DNA of 64,000 nucleotides from Euryarchaeota archaeon UBA462. Lineage in GTDB: Archaea; Thermoplasmatota; Poseidoniia; Poseidoniales; Thalassarchaeaceae. The notes under the pieces were generated by a model. That model ran no database searches. It saw nothing but the letters and a program-made list of their open reading frames with translations, and was not told the DNA's origin. Position 1 is the stretch's first letter, and each line of letters begins with the position of its first letter. Shown here piece after piece: positions 56,521 through 64,000 of the stretch. A program made the position numbers and the translations under genes. The stretch is from assembly GCA_002506755.1 (NCBI GenBank), contig DAYD01000016.1:2853-66852 (forward strand), read 5' to 3'.

Positions 56521-57543
56521 GTGCGAGTCGGCATCCTGAGGTTAACTACATGCCTCATATTGGTTGTTGCTATATCTTTGCCAGCTTTTGGAATGAGCAA
56601 CGGGCCGGGAGCGGTTAATTCAGACGGAGACCTTACTGTGAAGTATGGATGCTCATGCCATAACAACGGTGCCCCCTCTGATAGGGCGGTAGTAATGGTG
56701 ACAGGAGTACCCCTAGTTTACGAGCAATCACAACAATACCAGATGACAGTCAAAGTAGCGGATTCATTGACTCTCTCTGGAGGTGAAGGTAATGTTCAAG
56801 CTGGGTTCCTAATGTCCACAGATGGTATTGGCAATTTCTCATGGGATGAATCTGAAGACATTCGTTATGCAGACGGAAGGCCAGACGACATATCACATTC
56901 CGAACCCGATTTGGATGGGATCTGGATAGTCAATTGGCAGGCACCGAGTGAGGATGTCGGCCCAATTCAATTCTGGCTTGTTGGCAATTCCGTTGATGGT
57001 GGCGGAATACCAGATGATATGGATTACTGGAACATACTATCCTTTTCTATATTCCCTAAAGATACCGTGACTACTACAGAATCCGGGGCAACACTCGAAA
57101 CCAGAACTGTCTCAGTTGGGACATATGACTCACTATTCTTATTGGAAATCTCAGATGAACAACTTGAGAAAGAACGTCAAGATGAGATCTCTCAGAGAGT
57201 TTTCTCACAAGGTAATCTGTTTTATTGGACAAGTCTTGTAGCTCTAATAGTAGGTGCTGTTCTACAGAAGGAAATCCTAGAGAGGAAATATGATGATGGA
57301 CCGGAGTATTTGGCTTTGGAGTTAGCATATCCCGAAGCTTTCAGGAGGGCTGCTGGTTCGGTGATAGCTTTCTACTTTGGAGTTAGATGGGGCTCCTCTG
57401 ACTCTCCCATAGTTTTCCAAGACGTCGATTTTACTGAATTCTTAGTCGGAACGGCGTTTTTCATCAGTGCTTGGGCGGGATATGGGGTTTACAGGACTAT
57501 TTTGGCTGCTAGAAGCAACCCAGAAGTCAAGGACTTGATGTAA
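56521..57543 (+). CDS. secreted, membrane-anchored hypothetical protein (CSCH motif)
   Basis: GTG start proposed (RVGILRLTTCLILVVAISLPAFG signal peptide). Extracytoplasmic domain contains YGCSCHNNG. Two or three C-terminal TM helices. The track start 56431 overlaps the pntB end. Confidence 0.4.
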   Translation: MRVGILRLTTCLILVVAISLPAFGMSNGPGAVNSDGDLTVKYGCSCHNNGAPSDRAVVMVTGVPLVYEQSQQYQMTVKVADSLTLSGGEGNVQAGFLMSTDGIGNFSWDESEDIRYADGRPDDISHSEPDLDGIWIVNWQAPSEDVGPIQFWLVGNSVDGGGIPDDMDYWNILSFSIFPKDTVTTTESGATLETRTVSVGTYDSLFLLEISDEQLEKERQDEISQRVFSQGNLFYWTSLVALIVGAVLQKEILERKYDDGPEYLALELAYPEAFRRAAGSVIAFYFGVRWGSSDSPIVFQDVDFTEFLVGTAFFISAWAGYGVYRTILAARSNPEVKDLM

Positions 57544-57545
57544 GT

Positions 57546-58310
57546 ATGGAAGAGCAGGCACCAGAAACCACAAACCTACACCATCACCTTACTGAAGGAC
57601 ACGATTTGCTCAAAGTAAATGCTATTGCATTTTCGATCTTGTGCTTGTTTTGGTCCTACTTTACTTCCGATATGATTGAAACATGGCTTAGTCACATTAC
57701 AATTGCAACTGGCCCCAATAATGAGAACCTATCGATATATTCGCCATTTGAATGGGTTATGATGAGATGGGAGATCGTACTACTGTTTTCGTTGATATCA
57801 TTAATGCCCTTATCATCTATCCTGATATACAGATTTGCTAAACCGGGCCTATATCCACGTGAGAGAACCTATTTGGTTTCAGTCCTATTCTTGACAACAA
57901 CATTAGTCCCAGTAATGATTCTGATTATCTGGATTTATGGAATACCATATATTTTTGATTTAGCTACCGAATTCAACTCTTCGATAGGCGTTGGCGAAAA
58001 ATACGATGCTGCTTCTATTTTTTCCATCGGTATTGGTATCACATGGGTATTATTGGTTTGGGCAATAACGATACTTATTCTAAGCCTTTCAAGAGTCTTT
58101 GGACTAGTAGAAAACGGGAACTCAAGGTTTAGATTAAGAATAGTAGCGATATCAGCTAGCCTCTTAGTTCTAACACTTCCAGTTGAATATGATGGCCTAA
58201 AGCTTGTTATTTCGATAATCGTATCTGCCCTGGCTGATGGAATTTCCAGAATGGTTCCAGTAGCAATGCCCCAGTGGACAGAACATCAGCATAGTGATAC
58301 ATCAGTATAG
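57546..58310 (+). CDS. polytopic membrane protein, TatC-like (tentative)
   Basis: About six predicted TM helices in 254 aa. The segment SPFEWVMMRWEIVLLFSLISLMPLSSILIYRFAKPGLYPRERTYL resembles the conserved TatC TM2-TM3 loop (…P…iyQ.w.FvaPGLY..E+…). Confidence 0.4.
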   Translation: MEEQAPETTNLHHHLTEGHDLLKVNAIAFSILCLFWSYFTSDMIETWLSHITIATGPNNENLSIYSPFEWVMMRWEIVLLFSLISLMPLSSILIYRFAKPGLYPRERTYLVSVLFLTTTLVPVMILIIWIYGIPYIFDLATEFNSSIGVGEKYDAASIFSIGIGITWVLLVWAITILILSLSRVFGLVENGNSRFRLRIVAISASLLVLTLPVEYDGLKLVISIIVSALADGISRMVPVAMPQWTEHQHSDTSV

Positions 58311-58364
58311 CAGTATGGCACTGGATTCAAATCTGGCAGTGGGGACCATTAGTCTGGTGATCTG

Positions 58365-60308
58365 GTGAAAGTTGGCGGCATTAGACCATTCCTAGCTCTA
58401 GCATTATTAGTTTCATCCGCCGCCGTGGGACTTAATTCTGAAGTAGTTAATGACACTATAAGATCCTCACCGGAAACAGAAGAGTCGTCTGATTCTAATA
58501 TCGTGGGCCTATACTCAGATGAAAAATGGCCTATACTCAGGGTCGAAATGCCTAACAAACCATTTCCAAATACGTTACTTGAAGACTTATTCACTGGAGA
58601 ATTTTCCGCTAATGAGTACATCTCACAAATGAGTGGTGGTGATTCTACTTTGAATGAAACATTGATTCCTGGTGTGTGGCAATCCCCTTACCCCGAATCA
58701 TATTGGGGCAAGGACTCTAATTCTGAAAGAGATGTTGGCGAAAATGGCGGGGGGGCTAAGATTTTAGCCGAACAAACCATACTTTCACTGATGAGTGACA
58801 TGAATCTATCTAAATGGGACTTAGATGGGGATTATGTTATTGATCGGTTGCTAATCCTACATTCTGGTCAACCGCAAGAAATAGGAGGACCGTCGTCTTC
58901 AATATGGAGTCACTTCTCTCCATTTGATGATTCCATAAAGATTGGTGATTTTACCTTTGAACATTATACAATGGCATCTGTCCACGGAGGTGTCGGCGTA
59001 TTAGTTCATGAGATGCTTCACCAGATGGGAGCAGTCGACCTCTACGACGTTCACAGCGATTCCCCAACTAAATCATGGCATGGTCTCGGAGATTGGGATA
59101 TTATGGCCAGCGGAAATTGGTTGGGAGATGGTGATAGGCCATCACTTCCCTCGGCATCCACATTGAATATTATTGGAGCATCAGATCCCGAAATAGTCCA
59201 CGCCTTCCAAAATAAATCCTACACATTGAGTCCAGCTTGGCTAGGAGGATCAGCAATCCGTATTGATATCGCTCCAGGAGAGATCATATGGATATCTTAC
59301 CGATCGGATTACGGCTTCGATAGCTCACTTCCGGGGCATGGGATACTAGTTGAGCAACAGGATTTATTTTTTGGTGATATGGAATCGAATTTAGTCAATA
59401 CAGACCCTACAAAGCCATGGGCCAAAGTGGTTGAGGCGGATGGCAACGATGCCCTTTTGCGAGCCCGTGACTACGGAGACAAAGATGATGTTTTTACATC
59501 TGGAGATATTATTGGCTATGGTGGTCACGAAATTAGAGATAACCGCGGAAGAACAGTACCCTGGAGGATCACAGTATCATCGATTGAAAATGAATCTGCA
59601 ATATTAAATTATGAGTATATTGGTGATCCTTCCATAACTATCTTGACGCCAAGAAATCCTATTGTACTCTTGGAAAATGAATCCTCACTCGCCAGTGTAC
59701 ATTCATCACAAGACTGTGATTTAAGCGTCCAATCATCTCTATTGGATGAAAAAATTGTTTCAATCACTGAATATGCCGAAATTGAGATTATAGAGGCTAT
59801 CGGGATTCCTAGACAAGGTACGTTGACGGGGTCCATTGGTTGTTCAGATGGTTTGGCTACGGATTACTCTTTGGAATGGTTTGTTGTAAATCACAGGTTA
59901 GACGAACAGGAGTTGGAGGAGACTATTCCATGGGATGGGCCATCTGTCGTACAATTTTATCCCACTTCGGAGGGAGAAGGTCTCAGGAACTACAGGTTCA
60001 CTCTCGATGGCCCCGTGTCTAGGATTGCCGAGGTAGTCACAACCGGAAATTACAAGCCAGGAGATCCAATTATTCTCGATGTTCAGCCAAATGGTCTTTT
60101 AGAACCAAGAATGATTGCTCGTGGAGAGTTGGTGATCATTGATACAGATAATATTGAGCAAAGAATTCCAATTGTACTTATTTCAGAAGGAGATTTGCCG
60201 TTTGGACCATTAAATTGGTTAGCAGCACCATCAAATGCAATAATGGTGGTACTGATATTACTTTCCTTTTCAATCGCAACAGGTAGAAATGAACGTACTA
60301 TTTCCTAG
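58365..60308 (+). CDS. secreted zinc metalloprotease, M6 (InhA)-like, C-terminal TM anchor
   Basis: Signal peptide. HExxH...DLYD block GVLVHEMLHQMGAVDLYDV (M6 consensus HExGHxLGLPDxYD). C-terminal hydrophobic anchor (LAAPSNAIMVVLILLSFSIA). Confidence 0.55.
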   Translation: MKVGGIRPFLALALLVSSAAVGLNSEVVNDTIRSSPETEESSDSNIVGLYSDEKWPILRVEMPNKPFPNTLLEDLFTGEFSANEYISQMSGGDSTLNETLIPGVWQSPYPESYWGKDSNSERDVGENGGGAKILAEQTILSLMSDMNLSKWDLDGDYVIDRLLILHSGQPQEIGGPSSSIWSHFSPFDDSIKIGDFTFEHYTMASVHGGVGVLVHEMLHQMGAVDLYDVHSDSPTKSWHGLGDWDIMASGNWLGDGDRPSLPSASTLNIIGASDPEIVHAFQNKSYTLSPAWLGGSAIRIDIAPGEIIWISYRSDYGFDSSLPGHGILVEQQDLFFGDMESNLVNTDPTKPWAKVVEADGNDALLRARDYGDKDDVFTSGDIIGYGGHEIRDNRGRTVPWRITVSSIENESAILNYEYIGDPSITILTPRNPIVLLENESSLASVHSSQDCDLSVQSSLLDEKIVSITEYAEIEIIEAIGIPRQGTLTGSIGCSDGLATDYSLEWFVVNHRLDEQELEETIPWDGPSVVQFYPTSEGEGLRNYRFTLDGPVSRIAEVVTTGNYKPGDPIILDVQPNGLLEPRMIARGELVIIDTDNIEQRIPIVLISEGDLPFGPLNWLAAPSNAIMVVLILLSFSIATGRNERTIS

Positions 60309-61440
60309 TTGGATTGGCCCACCTAGAATCTGAGGGCGGCCTTGATACCTCTAAAAATTTCCAAGCCCCATCTAATCGTAGCGGGTATGCCCATCGTTTG
60401 TTCACCCCAGCCGCGAGCCTCGAAGATAAACACGCGTCGCTCCAATCCTCTGTACTGTATTCTCTTTTCTTGGAATATGGATCTATGACGAGCCACGGTG
60501 CATGACCTTCTCCAACGCCACCGGGATAGCATCTCCAACTAGTACCATATTTGAATCCAGATCGTGTGTTCAATCCCCTTCCCCATAAATCAAGTAAGAG
60601 ATTAGAAGACAAGCTTAACCCAATTTTAGAGGCCTGTTCCAAGGTTAAAGGCGATGATTCCAAATCCAATTCTGCCTCATAATTCCCAAGTGAATGTATG
60701 ATATTCAGCTCTGTAAAATCTACTTGTCTACCCCCATGAAGAGGTATTCCAACGGTTTCCAAGGGCCAGTCAATTACATTCGGGAAAAATGCTCCACCTG
60801 ATGCGGTATTTTTGTGATCCATTTCTACGATTTTTTTGAATAGTGATAAGTCTATAGATCCCATATTGCCTTTAATATCTGCAATATTCAATCTATATGT
60901 CACAACGGATTGCTCTTCATCCACTACCAATACTTCCGCAATTCTATCAAGTTCTGTGACCTCTTTGCACCATTCATAGAGCTCATTTTCATTGAATTTG
61001 TCTTCAGAATGAAAATATATTATCTCTGACTCTGGGAGATCTGATTTGGGGTGTTTATTTGAGGGCCACCTTAAGGCCCAACTACCTGATGCTGAGTAGA
61101 AACCCAACAAAGCAATGTTTTCCCCGATGATTACCCGATTTCCTGGGACTCTGAGTGCCTCAAGGACCGCTGCTTCCTCCAATAAACCAGACTCGTGAGT
61201 CACACTCTTAGCTAACCAATCTTGATTTGGTGGGGAAATATTTCTATGATTAATACAAAATAGCAACTCTGCTGATGATAAGATAAGTTGTCCATTATCC
61301 AGAATCCTACCCAATGCTGATTTTTCCCATAGTCTATTTACCGAAGATCCATTGAAAACCCAGCCTTGCTCGGTGTGATCCATATGTACGTTCGGGAGAG
61401 ATTTAGAATTAGACGCTATCCCCAAATTTCTTTCCCTCAT
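60298..61440 (-). CDS. endA: tRNA-splicing endonuclease EndA (long form)
   Basis: C-terminal catalytic domain SGFKYGTSWRCYPGGVGEGHAPWLVI (EndA signature GFK[FY]G..[FW]R.Y…H..[WY]LV with Tyr/His/Lys triad). An upstream duplicated/degenerate repeat gives ~380-408 aa. Start set to ATG 61440 to avoid overlapping the divergent kinase gene. Track ORF reaches 61524. Confidence 0.7.
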   Translation of the reverse strand: MRERNLGIASNSKSLPNVHMDHTEQGWVFNGSSVNRLWEKSALGRILDNGQLILSSAELLFCINHRNISPPNQDWLAKSVTHESGLLEEAAVLEALRVPGNRVIIGENIALLGFYSASGSWALRWPSNKHPKSDLPESEIIYFHSEDKFNENELYEWCKEVTELDRIAEVLVVDEEQSVVTYRLNIADIKGNMGSIDLSLFKKIVEMDHKNTASGGAFFPNVIDWPLETVGIPLHGGRQVDFTELNIIHSLGNYEAELDLESSPLTLEQASKIGLSLSSNLLLDLWGRGLNTRSGFKYGTSWRCYPGGVGEGHAPWLVIDPYSKKREYSTEDWSDACLSSRLAAGVNKRWAYPLRLDGAWKFLEVSRPPSDSRWANPTRK

Positions 61441-61456
61441 CCCCCTTCCGAATAAC

Positions 61457-62512
61457 ATGGATGAAGATCCAATCAAGAATAGGGATGAGAGCCTGCAGAG
61501 GCTAATATTACTTCTACGGTCCATAGAAGGTGCTCAGGTGACTCTGATTGGAGATACGATGTTAGATAGATACCACCATGGTTTTGCCAATAATCTCAAT
61601 TCAACTGCACCCGTTCCTGTTCTAAAGATCATCAGATCAGAGGAGTCAGCTGGAGCATCAGCACACATCGCTATTGGCCTCACATCATTTGGTATGAAAG
61701 TCTCATTCCACACCTTTGTGGGACAAGATTCGGAAGGAGAGGCCGTATTAAGTAGTCTAAAAACCTCTGAAGTTGATGTGGAAAATATTGTTTCCATACC
61801 AGACAGAAAGACTTTGACGAAAATTAGATTTTTTGGAAGCAGGGAAAGTCTTCTTGACAGGGAACAGATTCTTCTTCAGGCCGACAGGGGTCCAAATGAG
61901 TCATTAGACCCAGATATTTCCACTATGCTGACATCTAATGCAATGGCCTCAATGAATGATAGCTGTGCATTAGTAATTTCAGATTATGACAAAGGAGTAG
62001 TCTCTGAAGAGGGGGCCCAGAAATTAATCAAGAAAGCCAATGATTTGGGCATTCCGTCAATAGTTGATCCCAAGCTCACAGGACTTGACAAAAGCAAAGG
62101 CGCTACAGTTGTCATATTCGAGAAGAGAGGATTGTCTCTGCTCACTAGAAGAATGAATGCAAAAAATGACGAAGATGCAGGAAAAAAGCTGCTAAAAGAA
62201 TATGATTGGAATGGCATCCTAGTATTAGGAGGGATAGATGGGGTGTATTTGCACCATAAAGATGGCGCGAGTATACATATGCCATGCATGGCTCCAGTAG
62301 CACGCCAACAAATTGGCATGCACGATGCCGCAGCAGCTTCTTTGGCAGCGGCTCTCGGTGCAGAACTTTCACTTCATGATGCTGCACTATTGGCATCGGC
62401 AGCATGCGAATGCGTACTATCGGCAAGTACAAGTCAGGAATACATAGACAGCTCTACTTTGACGCTATGGCTGGATGAGTTATCTTGGCAGATGAGAATT
62501 TCTGATAGATAA
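61457..62512 (+). CDS. PfkB-family carbohydrate kinase (HldE/RfaE domain-I-like)
   Basis: N-terminal VTLIGDTMLDRYHHG (cf. HldE VLVVGDVMLDRYWYG). C-terminal anion-hole region (…DAAAASLAAALG…). Confidence 0.65.
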   Translation: MDEDPIKNRDESLQRLILLLRSIEGAQVTLIGDTMLDRYHHGFANNLNSTAPVPVLKIIRSEESAGASAHIAIGLTSFGMKVSFHTFVGQDSEGEAVLSSLKTSEVDVENIVSIPDRKTLTKIRFFGSRESLLDREQILLQADRGPNESLDPDISTMLTSNAMASMNDSCALVISDYDKGVVSEEGAQKLIKKANDLGIPSIVDPKLTGLDKSKGATVVIFEKRGLSLLTRRMNAKNDEDAGKKLLKEYDWNGILVLGGIDGVYLHHKDGASIHMPCMAPVARQQIGMHDAAAASLAAALGAELSLHDAALLASAACECVLSASTSQEYIDSSTLTLWLDELSWQMRISDR

Positions 62513-62557
62513 TCAACATGGGATGACGTTCAATACTACCTGTTAACGCGGAGTTTT

Positions 62558-64000
62558 ATGGGCAGGGATCGGTTGGAATTGAGATTACCTATCGCTCTGA
62601 TTATATTCTTATCCGCTTTATCCCTCCAATCCGTCGTTTCTGCAGAAGATAGCACTCCTGGCAATCCGATAATTATTGATCATTCGTTGGAAAAAGGAAT
62701 ATTATTGACGTCGACAATATCATTTACGGTATTCATAGAAAATGAAGTCGAGCCAGATTTAGTACATTGGGAGTTGCATTCAGGTGTTAATTCTGTTTTA
62801 TTCCAAGATGTAACAGATTCGATTTATCTTTTAGATGGGAATCAAAGTAGATCTGTTTGGACATTTGAGATCTCGATAGAAGCCCAGACAATTCCCTCCT
62901 GTTCATGTATACTCTCAATCAAGGCCCAAGAGTCAGAATTAGAACCAATTCAGCATTACCAATCAATTTTCATAATACACAATGACAATGACGCTGCGAC
63001 TTCAGAAGTGTTGCCACCAACGGTCTATTTGCCAGACAACATCCACGATAACTGGGCTACAGACATCCAATACTTATATGGGATTTCAAGTACACAAGAT
63101 GGTTCGATTCCAGAAATTTCGTATACATTGAGACAATCTAACTATATCAAATGCGATAACTATGAGGATGCTCTAACAACTCTAGATTCGGAACGAATTT
63201 ACCCAGAAGTTTTATGGGAAACAGAGGAATTCTCAATCCCAATAGATGTATCGGAATTTCCTGATGGATGGGTTGATGTCATTGTAAGTAGCAGAGACCC
63301 ATTCAGTACATTCGAGTCGGAGTATTGTGTCCCTATTCGAGTAGATAATACCCCTCCAACTTCGCATATAAACGGCCCCAAACACACTTATGAGGGCATA
63401 ATTCCAATTACATTCTATGCATCAAATTCTTCTGATCAATATTGGGGGATTGGGGGCATAGTTTACGTCTGGTCAGTTTACGAAGTCTTGGACGATTACA
63501 ATAGGCATATCATGGTCGAATCGGGTACTGATATTAGGTCTATTACAGTCGAAATTAACACATCTAGTACCTATCTGATTTCTCTGACATCGATTGATAA
63601 TGCCGGCAACTCCTATACAGATCTATTGACATTTGATGTTGAGAATCAACACCCCATAGCTAGGCTTCTAATCGATGGAGAACCTGTATACGATGGTGAT
63701 GAGATATCCATCTCAAAGGAGCTAAGCGTTTTTGTCGATGCATCGTTTTCAAGCGATACACAGAATGATCAAAATTCATTGAGGTATATATGGAGGATAA
63801 ATAACATACCAGTATACGAAGGTGAAAATAGAGATCTAAGCTGGCCGGCCGACGTACAAAGTGAATTCTTGCTAAGTCTGGAAGTAATAGATGACAACTC
63901 AGCTTCATCGATGATATCAATAAAAGTTGTAGATAACCAAAGTGATGGCTCACCTCCTTTTGTTCTAATTGGCTTCATACTTTCCTGCTTGTTTTTGATA
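62558..64000 (+). CDS. large secreted cell-surface protein with Ig/PKD-like domains (3' end at or just beyond window edge)
   Basis: Manual translation from ATG 62558 is open to position 64000. Signal peptide MGRDRLELRLPIALIIFLSALSLQSVVSA. Beta-rich repeats (…SIDNAGNSYTDLLTFDVENQHP…). The last residues SPPFVLIGFILSCLFLI look like a C-terminal hydrophobic anchor. Not in the supplied track because no stop falls in the window. Confidence 0.5.
   Translation, partial: MGRDRLELRLPIALIIFLSALSLQSVVSAEDSTPGNPIIIDHSLEKGILLTSTISFTVFIENEVEPDLVHWELHSGVNSVLFQDVTDSIYLLDGNQSRSVWTFEISIEAQTIPSCSCILSIKAQESELEPIQHYQSIFIIHNDNDAATSEVLPPTVYLPDNIHDNWATDIQYLYGISSTQDGSIPEISYTLRQSNYIKCDNYEDALTTLDSERIYPEVLWETEEFSIPIDVSEFPDGWVDVIVSSRDPFSTFESEYCVPIRVDNTPPTSHINGPKHTYEGIIPITFYASNSSDQYWGIGGIVYVWSVYEVLDDYNRHIMVESGTDIRSITVEINTSSTYLISLTSIDNAGNSYTDLLTFDVENQHPIARLLIDGEPVYDGDEISISKELSVFVDASFSSDTQNDQNSLRYIWRINNIPVYEGENRDLSWPADVQSEFLLSLEVIDDNSASSMISIKVVDNQSDGSPPFVLIGFILSCLFLI

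Noticed and set aside
56640-56670. CSCH motif as a c-type cytochrome haem-binding site
   Set aside because: The haem c motif is CxxCH. This is CxCH with one residue between the cysteines, so it is not called as a cytochrome.
1-64000. CRISPR arrays, cas genes, transposases/integrases, toxin-antitoxin or restriction-modification modules
   Set aside because: No direct-repeat/spacer periodicity, no IS-like terminal inverted repeats, and no recognisable defence or mobility protein motifs were seen. The window appears to be core chromosome.

Overview
This 64-kb window reads as an archaeal chromosome segment. The archaeal markers are exosome subunits Rrp4/Rrp41/Rrp42 with SBDS, L37ae and prefoldin-beta in the classic superoperon order, aEF-2, an S12-S7 operon, primase PriS, aCPSF1, tRNA-splicing endonuclease EndA, isopentenyl phosphate kinase, proteasome beta, an archaellin, split transketolase, and PGF-CTERM-type surface proteins. 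Coding density is about 90% and most genes are housekeeping, so the window looks like core genome. The gene content (bacterial-type PlsC and FadA-like thiolase, futalosine-pathway mqn genes, PntAB transhydrogenase, M6-type protease, PGF-CTERM anchors) is consistent with a marine Thermoplasmatota/Poseidoniales-like heterotroph, but that placement is inference only. I found no CRISPR array, transposase, integrase or recognisable defence island. The most unusual items are: (a) a fused type-1 IPP isomerase/polyprenyl (GGPP) synthase gene next to isopentenyl phosphate kinase; (b) a lipobox plus PGF-CTERM surface protein built from Cys-bracketed repeats and Ca-binding TSP3-like motifs; (c) a three-gene islet encoding a proline-rich, single-EF-hand, internally repeated protein and two membrane proteins; (d) an envelope cluster of a secreted CSCH-motif protein, a TatC-like protein and an M6 (InhA-like) metalloprotease; (e) an orphan archaellin gene beside a tRNA-Pro; (f) an exosome superoperon with no rpoP and a tailed L37ae. 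Several start codons are uncertain (divergent-overlap artefacts in the supplied ORF track) and are noted per feature.
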